Counted from the first letter of the whole stretch, positions 31,251 to 56,702 are shown. The stretch is DNA of 63,608 bases, filler included, from Choristocarpus tenellus KU-1152 (GCA_964200185.2; 8 parts of 8 records of this genome joined end to end with filler, not necessarily neighbours in it), one strand, 5' to 3'. Program-made: numbers and translations. Notes: a model not told the origin generated them from the letters alone.

Positions 31251-32579
31251 ATTAAATGCGCCATTGTGGGCAAACTGACTTCAGTCTTGTACCCAATACC
31301 TGTGTGTTCAGTATAGGGTATGCCCCGCAGGCACTGTTTCAGTGCTACCGCACTCCCTGGCCTCCCTCCTCTGATCTTACCGTTTTGCTCATCTCTTTTC
31401 ATAATATTATTATTATGCCNNNNNNNNNNNNNNNNNNNNNNNNNNNNNNNNNNNNNNNNNNNNTTAATTAATTAANNNNNNNNNNNNNNNNNNNNNNNNN
31501 NNNNNNNNNNNNNNNNNNNGCGTTTTGAGTCCACCTACCCTGGAAATAGTCGCAAGCCAGCTGACTTGGCCGCCTGGCTCACCCTTCAGACAGGTAATGC
31601 TCGGTATGTTTTTTTTTTTTTTTAGGTCACACACTGGCATGTTCTATTCAGTGCACAGTAACTGTTGCACCCGCTGCACATGGGCATGAGGCGTGGGGTT
31701 GAAGTCAACTTCAACTTAAGTTACTTTCGTCGAGCTTTCATTGCTGGCTTGAGCGCTGGAGAGGTTGGTGTTATCTCGAGGTGGAGCAAGGAGGGTTGGT
31801 TGAATATGAAATGTGCTGTGTGCTATGTCTAAAGTGGTACTTCTTAATATCCGTTTTTTTTTTTTTGATGTTTTGAATGTGATCCATTCGCGTAATGCAT
31901 CAAAATTTTCTAAACGCTTGAGAGGGGCTTTGCGGGTGGAATGCCTTTGATTGGCTTTTTTTATTTTTTTATCGTGAAGCCCCCCACTTCCTTTGAGACG
32001 GTTTGCAACAGATGTGCTGCATAAATAGATGAGATTCTTGTACTGGTGAGATCGATCGGGTATCAATACGTAGGCAGGTAACAATCCAGACTGTCAACCT
32101 TTCCCTCTCAACTGCAAGCTCAACTTCAAGTTCAACTTGAACCCAATTGCTTTGCACCTAGTTGGTGTTTTGTTCTGCCTCCACAACACACCAACACATC
32201 TCTCACACAAACCCACACACGCACATAACTTGCCCCCTCCCATCTTATGCCCAACAGGGACCCTACCCCGGGCGTTGCCCCTGCCCCCCCCACCGCAGCC
32301 TACCCCTCCACATCCTCTCTCCCCTCCTTCTATTAATGAACCCATGGCCTGGATTGCCCTCGTCTATGCATTGGCCAAGGCAATCACCTGGGGATGGCGT
32401 TTTTTTAATTGGTTTCGAGGGAAGGTGCAGTGTTGGGGTGTGGGTATTGGGGGTGCTGGTGAATCGGTTGGTATAGGTGGGTGGGCGTTTGTGGCACTCC
32501 AGAGCCCCCTGAGGGTACTCCAGGGCGATAGAGAGGCCCAGGGTGAGGGGCTAGGAGCGCAACTTGACTGAAATATTTG

Positions 32580-35100
32580 TTCAGTTTTTCCTTAACAGAT
32601 GCAGTGGTTAATGTTGGTCATTTATCGGATAAGCACAATTTGTAACTAGACAAATTTATCCCCGCTGGTGCAGAGGAGGTTTGGTTTTAAGGTGATTGTC
32701 AGTATTTGCTCTTTGGGTACATCATGTGTTGTTGTGGCATGAATGTTGTGTAATTTCGTGGGGTGGTTTTTGTGGAGAGTGTAACCTTGAAGGGTCGGCG
32801 TTCTGTATTACTGTGAAGGGTGTAGTGTTGTACATTGCTCTCAAGAAGCCGAGCATATGACAGTAGAGCCTTTGTTATTTGCTGCACATGTGAGAACAGA
32901 GATAAATTTGCACAGGGGTGATGAAATGAATCTTGCAGAGACACACTCAAGGGTTGTGGTCAGGTGCAGGCTACGGTATGTTCTTTGTGGCTTGTCAGTA
33001 AACTATCTAAATCACCTCGCTTACTGTTGCTGTTTTAGTGCCTGATTAGCAGACATATTGGTGTGTTGCTGGATAGAGTAAGTTTCCTACCTTCATTGCA
33101 GGTTGTCAATCCACACGATTGACCAGGACTTGAGGATTAGTCATTGCTCTCCTTTTGAGATAAAAACGACCTGGGACTGCATGTTATTCACAGCACAAAT
33201 ATGTGTACCAGGATGTTCCGACTTAGGTGTCAAAAAAGACAAGAAAAATGAAGGCAAAGCAAGGGAGAAGTGGACCTTGATACACCTTTCCCGTAATTTT
33301 TTTGAACATTTTACATTAAATAATAGAGCTCTACTTTTGATAAAGACGATGTGCAAACTTCATGAGAACCAGGTGCACCAACCTCTATTGGCATGGGCAA
33401 GCTTTGACCCAGGCACTCAGCACCCCAAAGAGAACATTGTTTTGCAATTGCTCTTTCCCCCTCAAGAAGCACAGTGCTGATGATAATTGGGTGCTTCTGT
33501 GCATAGGCAGGTGCTAATATTGGTCCTCCTAAAGGATCGTTCTATCATATGGTCCATTGGTATAAAGTCAGTATATGCTAAGGGCAGGTCTTGAGAGCTG
33601 TGGCTGGAGGGGGGGGGTGCTCCAAAGGAATAAATGAGACGGAACGGTGGTTGGAGTTGGGTTGGAGGGTGCAATGGGATGGTGTTTGAGTAGGGTCCCT
33701 ATTGGCAGTTGCATTTTGTGCCTGAGGGGAGAATGATGATGGGTTTTATTTAAGGAGTTGTATATTGCGATTGGTGAAATCGTTGTTCTTTGACTGAGAA
33801 AGATGATTAATGGAGTATGAGCTGCTTGGTGGGTGATGTGGAATGTGGAATTGGCATGGAGAGTTGATGCACCTTTAGGAAATAGATATGGGTTGGGGGT
33901 GTGGTGTGATGATGAGGATAGTATCGAGGTATATTATGAAGTGTACATTAACGGAAATATTTAATGCAACTGTTGTATGTACAAGTCGTAGAGGATGGAC
34001 TGGAGCATTGAGTGATGGATCGAGTATTTTGAAACATGGTAGGAAAGTGTGCTTTTTTTTTACCAAGTTGCGTGGAATGTTGTGCTGCATGATTTACTTG
34101 ATATAGTTCAGAGGAGGCTGCTAGTATTGTAGGTTGGGGTCTACAATTTGATGTGAATCAGTGCAGTTGCAGAAGACCTGTAGCTTGAAGTGCACTGATG
34201 GACTGATGAATTGAACTGCTGATACACGATACAGTGTACACATACAACCCCCGTTACTACCATCCTAGTCTTAAAATGCTCAGTACCAGCTCACACAGCG
34301 TTTTGGGAAGAGCTAGTCTGGTGTTCCTCAATTTGACCAAAGGCCCTTCCTTATAGTACCACCAGTGTTGTAAGATATTGCAGCAGTGGTGACGAATTGA
34401 CGGTATGCCGAATCTTCTTCGCGTATTTGTCGGTATTGCTGGCAAATAGACGGCAGTTCCACACTGTAGTAATTCAAGGCGAGGATAAGGAAGTGGTGGC
34501 AGGCTAGAGAGATGATAAGGTGTCAAACTTGTCGTACCACTACTACTGTGAACGTCATCAACACATTGCAATGCTTGTATCCACTGTAGGTACACTATAT
34601 TGTACACTATTATTTCTTTTGATTGAATCAAACATTGAAGCAAGAAGAGAGCATGTGTCCTGGGATGGTATCTAAAATTTGAAACTGTGATTGGGACCCA
34701 CAACAGGTAGAGAGTGTGGGCTGCGGTCTTGTGGGTTGCTTGTTGCGTTCATGCACGTTGCGTATTTCTAGGAAGTTCCTTCCAAACCACCACGTCCACG
34801 TGAGTTAAACTGGTGGAGTAAGGTATACCTTTTCCTAGTGACATTTTGCGGTTCTGACGTATAAAGTGAGGAGAATTGTAAGCAGTTATGTCTGGAGGGA
34901 GGAGTTCATCCAGAGGTTAGTACGTCAAAACTGCCTTTGGTCAATCTATGGGTCAAGATCCACAATGCAGGTGTTTGAGTGAGGTGACTGATAGTGTACA
35001 GGGGTGTAGAGTACTACCTAGTAGTATTGAGCCATCCTTTTGTGGAGGGGTACTTGTTGAGCATTTAGGGTCCCTGTGACCGCCTTCTGGTACATGAGCC
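32580..35100 (-). mobile_element. Decayed LINE-like relic
   Basis: Minus-strand GKVYQGPLLPCFAFIFL (cf. GVRQGxPLSPLLF); strand-skewed composition; no splice structure; boundaries approximate. Confidence 0.35.
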
Positions 35101-36151
35101 TCAGAACTCAACAACACTGAAAGTAGAGGTGAAAGAAGACAAGATGTATGTGTCTGGCAAAGCAGAAATGCGTAAAAAAAATGCAAAGAACATGTTGTGC
35201 ACATATACAGACAAAAACGAAAATAAAAATATGCACGGATAAAAAAAGAAAAAAACTCGAATGCAGGGAGAAGAGGAAGTGCAAAAGGTAAGTAAGGCGT
35301 ACCAACGAATCGGTTCCAGTGCACATCAATCAATACTACCGTTCCTCAGTTCATTCCCCCCAAAAAGAAGGCGAAACGCAACAACAGATAATAAAAGGAC
35401 AAACACGAAAAAAATAAAATAAACAGAGAAAACATGCCCACAACACCATCCGAGATCACAGACATACTCAGCACCAGTGTCAAGGAGGCGTGTCCTTAAC
35501 AATATCTGTACCATGTGTCATTCTTTCTTGAGTACTTGAATACTTTATTACTGTCGTGGAGCAGTTTCTACCAGTATCAAAAACAACTATAGTAGTATTG
35601 GAGGAAATTTGTTTTCTACTTCAGACAGGGGGTTTATAGTAGCACCACTACTAGTTCAGCATCGTAAGGAAGGGCTACAATATTGCACGGGATGTTGATT
35701 TGGGGTGTTGATGTGTAATTTCCATGTAGTGCCTTGTTGACTACGAGGAGGGTGTAAGTACTGCAATTTTGAGCATTAGTAAGAAATGACCGTGTTGCCT
35801 ACATACAGTAGTAATAGTAGTAGNNNNNNNNNNNNNNNNNNNNNNNNNNNNNNNNNNNNNNNNNNNNTTAATTAATTAANNNNNNNNNNNNNNNNNNNNN
35901 NNNNNNNNNNNNNNNNNNNNNNNCCCATAGCATCGTTTTGAGGTCGTTGGATTTGAGTTGTACATCCTGGAAGGTGAGCATTGAGGGGCGCCTGTAACAG
36001 TCATTCCCAGAGGATAAAAAAAACAGATATTTTCATCACAAAGTCAGAAACTAATGGCGGGACTCCTGAGTCAAATCTGCATGAAATGATATAGGTGCTG
36101 CTGCAGCCAATACGTGAAAGTGTATCCACTTTGAGGGATTTTATACCCTCG

Positions 36152-36281
36152 GGCTCAAAGTATTTAGGGGAGGGGGTGGCAGCTGTCCATTTGGGATCAA
36201 TTTTTTCATGTCGCGTTTTTTGTGATTTGGTTGCATACGTTGGATGGATAATGTAATTGCACTTTTCCTGATTTTGGTCCA
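36152..36281 (-). mobile_element. MITE family B, truncated
   Basis: GGCTCAAAGTATTTAGGGG...TGTCCATTTGGG...GGATAATGTAATTGCACTTTTCCTGATTTTGGTCCA is the reverse complement of the family-B body. Confidence 0.85.
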
Positions 36282-37552
36282 TAATATCACAATCTCAGTA
36301 TTTGTTAGTTTTATCCACTGTTCATGTTGGGAATATCGCGAGCCAGTCAGGCGTTTGATCCACACCACATCACCTGGGTTGACCTCAATGATAAAATATG
36401 TCGTGCGTAGATGTGAATGACTGCGCGCATTATCCTCATCAATGTCGGCATATCCCCGAAAGGGGACCTATCCCTTCACGAGAAACACAATAATATTATG
36501 TGGAATTAGTCGTACCATTCGCAGGCAATGGATGACGTCATACCGCTCGACTCAATACGAATTTCTAAGGTGGTTTGACACAATAAAATTTCGAAATTAG
36601 ACAACACGTTTATGGATGATAGTAGAACAAGCGTATGTAATACTCCAAGTATGTGAATTACCTATCACTATCGAATAGTACCCCACTATATACTTATTTA
36701 CTAGAAGTTGTACAATCTGGAACTTGAATCGCAAACCAAGTTCTCAAATATAACTGGAAACATGATCATACCCCCACATCAAAAGGCGAAAAATAGTGGG
36801 AAATAGGATTCTCAACTTACTTCAAACCTCTATAACATTTGTTGTCACGATAAAGAACTTTGGTGAGTTGTGGAACACTCCAAAAAAGGTACAGTTTATA
36901 CCACCATTCGGATGTTCTTAAGAACCACCAAGGGCAATTGGTTACGAATTATTTCATAATTTTAACTATTCGTTTTCGATATATCCCAAAGCATAATTTT
37001 ATTATATACAAAATCGATATATCGTTTAATAACTGGCTAATTCGACTGACGTTTCAATTTCCCCTAGGATAGTGAGGTTTTTGCTGCTCACAATTTGGAA
37101 CTGATCTTTATTATCTCAGTTTGAAGACATATTTCTGGACTATCGGACTCTGATAATTATCAGAACCTGAAGTCAATACTTTGAACCAGTAAGTCTTAAA
37201 TTTGTCACTTCAAACTTCGTTTACTATACTTTGTTTGCATTCGTGACGCGACAAATCTGACCAAACAGGATGTCAGAGTCCTAGGGGATATAGATTCTTG
37301 AAAGAAGAGAAGAGAAGAGGAGGGGAGAAGAGAGTAAATGCAACGGCCCACACCGACCCTGTTGTAGTCAGTCCAACAGTGAGTGTGCTTCCAAGGAGCG
37401 CACATCAATATCTTGCCTGGGCCCCACCGCGTGTGCGGTGTAGGCTCTGGGAAGCCCAAGGAGGGCAACCCTCACCTTAGTGTGGAGGTAAAATCGTCCT
37501 CAAAGGGCGAGAGACATAGACCAGGCATTTGGCAGGTGAGCGTTCAGCGAAC

Positions 37553-48657
<11,105 letters not shown>

Positions 48658-51600
48658 GTAGACTCATACCTATACTGTGGACATACCTCAGAGAAGAGAA
48701 CAAGTGGGCTGTGCTGTAATACTAGGTACAACAGAGAGAATGGGGTATGTTGGAAAGAGGTCGAATTTGATGAACTAGAGTGAATTGGTGGAGTAGTCGT
48801 CCCTTCCACCTATGTGTACAAGCACAGTCTTTGTTCGGTAGTCTCATTCAAGCTCTGCACCGAGAGCACCCGGGGTTGTAAACACGCACCTGCCCTCTGC
48901 ATGCGTGTGTTTGTATTTGAATGTGTATGTGAAATGGAATTTTTGTGTACTACGGTTCGTTCTCATAGTGGGGGTATTTCTCATGTGCTTACTTATGTTT
49001 GATAAGTGGGTGCTGGTGCGAGCTCTGTTTTGAGGCGCAGAGGAAAATATAGTTTGTGTGGTGGAATGAAAGGCACTCAGGGACGGATGAGACAAGTTTC
49101 ATCGCCCATTGAAATAATGTACTTTGTATGCTGAAACTTGTTCCTGCTGTACCCCTCCAGTTGGAGTTATCATTAATATCACTCTTTCACCTCGACATGC
49201 ATACTCCAGCATCAGCAGCAACTGTGAAATGTGAATGTGGTGTGTGTTGCAAGTCATCAGATTAGTTTTTGTGTATTTGTCTAGTCACAGACCTAGTGGC
49301 CTGTTGATAGTGTGTTGAGATCTCTGTTGATGTTTTGTCACACACTGAGCTGTCATTGGAAAAAATTTGGAGGGATCATTGCTGCAGACGAGGGTGTTGA
49401 GTGTTAGCTGTCTGACGATTTGTGAGATTGTAGCATTTTTGTGCTTCGATTTGGAAGCATAGACAGTGGGAGTGAGGGCAGCTTGGATGCTGCCTTGCTA
49501 ACCAAGAACCAGACTTTTGACGGAAAGTAGGGAAGGTGTTTGAACCAGGAGGGTATTCTGTTTGATATCATCTCCGTTAATGTAGGCAAATTGTGGTAAA
49601 GTAAAAGTGGTGTGTGCCTAGTGAATGAGGTGAGAGAATGGCGAGGGAAAAGATAATTGATGTTTGAAGGGAAGCTGTTACAATTTATGAGGGTATGGTG
49701 AAAACCATACCCTTGACTATGAAACTCATGTCAGTATCTAGGCATGCAGTGCAGGTTGGGACTGAGTTGTTTGTGATGCCTTTGTGATGAGCTTGATAGC
49801 GAGCATGAAATGGTTTTGCAAAGGAAAGCAACAGACACTTATCCTCTGTTTGCCACCCCTAAAAGCAGGTCGTATCAGATGACATTGGATTTTGCATAGC
49901 TGATATATTTTGCGCTTTGAAGTTGAATATGGGAGAGTTGGACTTCGCAAGTGTGGAGTTGCATGAAGGGAAAAATGGGAGGATGTATGAACATGCAGCA
50001 AACAGGTGCCTTGGGATATGCTTTTTGTGTGTCTGTCTAACTTTGCTTTTGTCGCAAGTTACTTCTGCTGGTTAATTTTCTTTTATCTAATTTATTATTG
50101 GTGATGTCCTTGCGGTTTTGGAGACGGTTTTGAGGGCGAGCAGAAAGGATTTGTGGGCATAAATGATTGAAATTGAAAAGAATGAAGACATAAAAAGAGA
50201 TATTTAAACCAAAAATACCACTGTACTTGTGAGCTGCCTCTGAGTGGATTGTTTAAGTAACAATTATCTCTGCTTTTTATGTGGACAATATGTTTTGTCA
50301 TGAATATTCATGTCATGATGTGTATCCATACTTGATGCAGAGGAGGGATAAACAATTCATCATGTTGAGCTCTGAAGACCTTCATTTAGTTTTTGGATAG
50401 GTGATAGGAGAAACTTATTTTAGCTAGTTGAGTGAAATGCTCCAAGCATGCTAGGATTATGTCTATTCCCAACTAACTGCTGGACGATGAAGCTCCAATG
50501 TCTCTAGTATATCTGCCAATGAGAGATGTGTTAAAAGAGAACTGACCGAACGAAACGGGCTAGGACATTGTTCAACATCATATTCCCGTTGCAAGGTGTC
50601 TTTAAGGCTTGTGTGAGTCTTGCTGAGGTAGGAAAAATTTTAGTAGTGCGATATCTCAAGCAGTGTTTGTGATGTGTAAGACAATGGGAAATCAACGTGA
50701 TATGGCTGAGTTACTCAATTATCTGGGCGTAGCCAATGGGGAGGGGCTGAAAACATGTGACAAGGAAAGGTCTTAAGGTTCTGTCCTTCATCTGTAAGCA
50801 ATGTTCCTTACCTGAGTCATGTGTTTATTATTACTGGGAAAAGGAGGGAAGCATTTTATGTTTACGTACCCTACACATCATCTTGTTCCATGTTTACATG
50901 TGTATATGGAAAAACAACAGAAGAACACTAAATTTGCAACCTACGTACAGATCATGGTATGACCTTTGGTATATACCCTCCAGGAACACTTTTCCCATGC
51001 TGTCAGCAGGTACGCAAGAAATGTCAAGGTGGTAGGGGCCTTTTTCTAGAAAAAAGATCATGCCAAAAAACCAATTCCTAACAATTTTACGCATGGTTCA
51101 GGGAACATGTGTACTCTACTACATTGAAATCTTTTGAAGGTATTGAGTGCTCGATCTTGTAGTTCTTATGTGGCGTTGACCCCTTGGGAAACGAGCTCCC
51201 TAGGACATCATCAGATGCTGAAGCATTTCTCCCTCAAGCTGAAGTTAGGATACAGTTTCGAACTAACCGTCTTAATTATATTATGTTCTCCCACCACCGT
51301 CCCACCACCGCAGATACATTGACAGAAAAGATACACCAATGCTGTTCCCTGCTTTAACCCCCCCCTTCTCTATCCCTCATGTTTCATTCAAAGATCTAGA
51401 AGATATGTATATATATATATGCCAAACACGATGTACCACTCCAGAAACCAACCACGCTAATGCCTCAACAGAGTATGGAATCGTCCAAACTCATCATGGA
51501 TCGTCCACCTTCGGTTGATTGTCAAGCATTGTTATATCTGGATTCTCTAGCTACTAATAGTTGGAGTGATACCTTTGGAGCTCTACGCAGCGTATTCTTG

Positions 51601-51952
51601 ACTCAATGCATCCTACTACTAATAGTAATAGTAATCCATGGCAGAAAAGATTATCAAAGCTTCAAATGCTAGGAATCACAGAAGAAGCAGCAAATCTCAC
51701 CAACCTCTGTGCTTTGCATTGCGCCTAAGACGTTTCTTGGATGTAGCACCAGAGCAAACCAACTGAAAGGGAGGTAGTGTTGCGTTTAAGGACCCCAAGA
51801 CAGGGCAAATAAGTGTAGTTTAGCACAATAGTAGAAAGAGACTTTGTTGAATTGGGGTATCACTTACTGTGTGGAGAGGGGGACTTTCGGTTTTTGTACA
51901 CCGTTCTACATATAAAGCTTTAAAATTCAGTATATTGCACAGGTTAAGGAAG

Positions 51953-53709
51953 ATGACTCGAAATCCAATGGGGTCCAAACCTACCTACCTTTCAATTGGT
52001 TTGACTCTCCATTGAAAGTACACTACTTAATCAAAGAATTTGATCGAGGGTTTCACTGCCTTATGTACGGTGATACCACAAGGAAATGGGTAATTCAGGA
52101 CCATACCATACTATTTCGGCAACTTCATCTCTTGTAATTACCACAGACGTTCAATGCGTTCGAAATATTAATCTCAATAGATTGGGTGATGGCTTCAGAT
52201 CCAAATATCCCCCAGTGTCCTTTAATGAGGAAGGTGAAGCGATCACATTTCAATAAATATTATTTGTTCAAGTAATCACATGCCCATTTTCACTATGCTC
52301 TAAAGTAGGAGGTATACATAACGCAGAAATCCGACAACGCCTCACGGTATAAATGTAGGAAATTCGTAAGAAATTCCATGCCGCACTTCCCCTAACGATA
52401 GACAATTCTCTGACAATGTGATTATTTTTGAAGCTACTAACGCTTTCAACGCATTACATAAACATTTCCCTATCATAACTACAGATTAGATGAAGTGGTT
52501 AAATGCCTTGCCCATTTGTAAACACGCATACATTAACTTTACCAACACAAAACTAAAAGAGGAGTTATCCCGCAGGCAACTACAGGAAATGCAGATCAAA
52601 TCATCCAATTGATAACAACTGACCAGATCCAATTCTTTCAGTAACAGTTTATCCGAACTTCCATCAATCAGAAGATCTGCATAAAGTATCGAAATGTAAA
52701 GGTCAAGTTTCACAGAAACCCTGTCAATTTCCTCTACACTTCAGATTGCTTCAATATTGCAACATTTAGTTTGGGTGTCAATACTTTTGCTTGGACATGA
52801 ACACACTGTGGAGAACAGCATCGCTAAAGATTGGCATAAATGCCCCAGAGTGTATGATTATCACTAACCCCAATGAACAAATTCCTGTACTTGCATCTCT
52901 TGATACGGAATTTGGACACTTGTCTCCTTACTCTTTCGAGACATACAATTTCTTCAGCGTATATATCCAAACATTCCCACATCACGTATCACACGTCAAT
53001 ACGGTTATGGGAAAAGTTGTAGACGTGGCATTTGAATACCAATCCACTAAATACGATCACAACAATGAACTCTTGGTCAAATTGGACACAAGACAGTATG
53101 GCCAAGAACCCAGGACAATGAATAGAATGGATGGCATTAGAAATTGTGGATTAGGATCACACAGAGGGTCATAATCGATTCAACAAAAAATGTGTATTGT
53201 CAGAACGAATTTGCTTGGCAATATGGTACAACGGGTTTATGTTCAAGTTATAGAGATGGCATTTCCAATCAAGTGAGGAAGATTATTCACGGGAATGAGC
53301 TCTGCTACTTCAATTGGCAAATCTACATGCCTTTCATCATGAGTTCACTTGTTTAATTAAACGATGACTACAAAACTGTCCCGATCACCAAGTACACTGA
53401 TCCCGCGCTGCCAATTTCTATCTGGTATGCAAAATATACGAAAGTCGTATTGAGGACGGTTTTAGAACAGTAGATCCAAACACACCTGAAAAGGGTTCAA
53501 CAAATTTATCAGACACGATGTACATGTACAAAAACTCTGGAGCGGAATATATGTAGACATAATCACACATACAGATGGGAACCATTTTTCCCTCAACTAT
53601 CAAAATGACAAGGGATCGATTGACATGGTCCTGCAGTCCATTTTCACATTTGAATGTGCACAGCCCATTATTCCTCTTTGTAGGGTACCAGTTGGAAGTG
53701 ACCTTTTAG
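51953..53709 (+). pseudogene. Decayed intronless tandem ORFs resembling viral minor capsid (penton, single jelly-roll) proteins; putative endogenous viral element
   Basis: AT-rich, co-oriented, closely packed reading frames with no splice signals, broken by stops and frameshifts. Two units share an N-terminal pattern (FLYTSD...NTFAW and VIIDST...NEFAW). The assignment rests on motif resemblance only. Confidence 0.4.
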
Positions 53710-54389
53710 TTTCTGAAAATTGGAAACATGTGAGACCCATAAAGTGCGTGCTTAGTATTTTCAAAAATTGTAAGAACAGTTATTACTGGATTTACTATTT
53801 CTAATAATCCCAATGCGCGTGTTTTGGGCATTCAAGGGCTTAGGCGATCCGATCGGACCACCGAAACTCAAGAACCGCTTTTTGTCGTCTCCAGTATTTT
53901 TAAGAATGCAAATGTCCAACAATTTAATATTTTGTACTTAAAAAAATTAGAGGGTGTCAGTTTTTTTTTACCTTTTGATTTCGGAACATTGGAAACGTAC
54001 AAGATCAATGAAGTATGTGCTTTGTATTAAAAAAATATATATGTACGGATATAATCGGATTTACAACTTCCGAAAACCCTAATGCACGTTTTTTCCGGAT
54101 CATGGATCTCAGGGTGGTCCGACGGATCGCCAGGAGCTCAAACATCGTTCATACGCCCGGCTTCGAATCTCATCACTCCTAGACCTTCTCACTGTCCAAG
54201 ACCGCCTGTTGCCCGAAAACACCATGACAAGTCCAACAACTTGCCCGAGAAAATAGATAAATGCAGATCGGCGTGTCTGACAGGGTGGGNNNNNNNNNNN
54301 NNNNNNNNNNNNNNNNNNNNNNNNNNNNNNNNNTTAATTAATTAANNNNNNNNNNNNNNNNNNNNNNNNNNNNNNNNNNNNNNNNNNNN

Positions 54390-54459
54390 CACAAAAAAAG
54401 GGAAAATCGAAAAAAGGGTGAAAAACGGACGCCGACCCCCCCCCCAGATACTTTTACCC
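54390..54459 (+). mobile_element. Right end of a family-B-related MITE at a contig start
   Basis: AAACGGACGCCGACCCCCCCCCCAGATACTTTTACCC parallels AAATGGACAGCCGCCACCCC..GATACTTTGAGCC. Confidence 0.6.
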
Positions 54460-55860
54460 ATTTGACATAGTTGATCCACACACAATTCATAGGCTGGATA
54501 GGCCCTACTTTCTTGAGAAGTTGCAGTAGTGGTTTCTGCTCCCACGTTTCGACGTATTGGGGTTAGGGGTGCTAGTTAAGATTCATGTTTAGAGAACTCC
54601 TTCCAGTTGCGGACGTGACAACATACCTGGGAGGCAATGTAATATACCAGGCATACGGAGAACGGTAATATCGAAAATTTGCAGAGGTAGGACCTATAGA
54701 GTTGAGAGAATTGGACGTGTCTTACATAGTATACAGCCAACGTAAGGCTGGACGGTCACTAGTAACTCTGAAAATATTTTCCCAAAAATGTATGGTCTTC
54801 ACTGTTGAATTGCCAGAATAACTGCAAGGCAATCTTTTCGTGTGGCAGAATAATTTCTCTAGGAGGGGGAAGGTAGGGCACTATGGTACGTGATCATATC
54901 AAGATTGCCATAATTTTTATGGCCCAAAAATGCCCTTGTACTCACATTACTCGCATCTACAAGTGTAAATAGTAACAATTCCCCCCCCCCATTTTGCCTT
55001 TTCCAGCTTGGTCGTATTCACTGCTCCAGAAGACGGAAATATCTGACTTGTCCTGCTCTTCTTTTGCCTCCTATTCCAGGCACTTAGCCCGAGAACCCAG
55101 TCTCTCTCCCTTTCTCCTTGTGTCGGTCGCACCTTCTTGACTGGGGTACCTGTGGGTGACAAATAAAACACATCTTGTGCCTCCTTAGTCACCGTCCACC
55201 CTTCTGGAAATGCTGACAGCGCAAGTGTGCACGTGAGTAGTGACCGATCAAACAGCTGGTTACTTCTGCGCCTTAAAGCAGTGATTTCAAGGCGGGAGAA
55301 TGGAAATAAATAGCAAGGTCACCGAAGGACGATGAGATTGAGTGTGCAAATTAAGTTAGACCTACCCTACAGAAAACCGAGACACATGGAACACACAACA
55401 ACAATACTGCCAGCACCCCCATGCATAATCTCGAGGACCTACTTTCATTGGAGGGAGACCCTGAAATCATGGTCCGGATCACAGGCCCTTGATGCAAACC
55501 TATATACACAGTAAGGCTGCCTACACTTTTGCACAGCCTCAAAAATTACTCAGAAAAATCAGGGAAGTGTAGAACTAGAGTCATGGTTAAAACTCGTTTG
55601 CACTTGTCAAAATCAGTTTGTTGTGTGGTTGACTACATCCTGATGAATTACCACTTTCATACTTTTTTATTTCTTTGGGGTGGTGTTATTTTTTTTGTAC
55701 TTCCCTTTTTTGTATGCGAATCATTTCTCCACTGACGGTCCTCTGTTGCTGTTGCTAGGTGAGGAATATACTTCCTGACAAAGTTGGTAGAGAATCTAAG
55801 AAAGATTGTAAGTCTTTCACCGTCTGGAGGGTATGCATCTCTAAAATAGCTTCAATACGA

Positions 55861-56119
55861 GAGTGAAAGTATCTTAGAGGGTACAAGTTTTGCCCTGTTT
55901 GTCCATTTGGGGCTTGGCTTCCCATGTTTTTTTTAATGTCATTTTCCTACTCCAAAATGTTTCGGAGTAGGTAAAATGTATACATTATGAAAAGGTGTTT
56001 CTGGAACAAGGATATTGACACTTTTAGACTACTATGATAGCTGAAATTACATAAAAATCGCAACATTGGAGTTTGGCCCACAAATGGACGCGGTTGTACC
56101 CTGTAAGATACTTTGACTC
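55861..56119 (+). mobile_element. MITE family A (259 bp), TSD ACGA
   Basis: GAGTGAAAGTATCTTAGAGGG...CCCTGTAAGATACTTTGACTC; ACGA at 55857-55860 and 56120-56123. Confidence 0.93.
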
Positions 56120-56702
56120 ACGAGCTTGTGATATGGCTATTCCTTGTGGGCTGACATCATGTCCCAAATAATGGGTTTACTTTGAGGCAAATTGAGCCTC
56201 TGGTGGCTTTAACGTAACCCTCACAGTTTGTAAGGTTGACAGTGCCGTAGTGATCAACTGTTTATGGTGTGCCTAAGATGGAGAGGCCAAAACAATATCA
56301 TCTAAATATATCAACAACCCGGAGGTAGGATTAAAATTTCAGACATGAAGCGTTGGAAGATCCACGGTACATTTCGTACTCCAAACAGTAACCTCTGAAA
56401 CTCATATTTCCCATCTGGTGTTAAGATGAATGCACTTTTTTGTCGTTGCCTTCCTCACTTATCGGTAGTTGCAAATAGGCCGATTGGATATCTAGACAGG
56501 ATAAGTATTTTGAATCCCCCAAGGTGGATTATACACTCTTTCATGGATGACAAAGGCCATGAATTACCTATGAAATTGTTAATTAATGATCCCTCTGAAA
56601 TCCACATAGAAACGGGGAGATCCATTAGGTTTCGCGACAACGGTAACAGGGGATGCCCATGGGCTAGCTGAGGGCTTTACAATGTCCTGATTTTCCATAT
56701 CA

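Noticed and set aside
37298-37552. Upstream ORF or N-terminal extension of the ATPase
   Set aside because: The ORF-track starts are TTG and have no similarity to P-type ATPase N-termini; ATG 37553 already gives a complete protein. This is probably 5' UTR.
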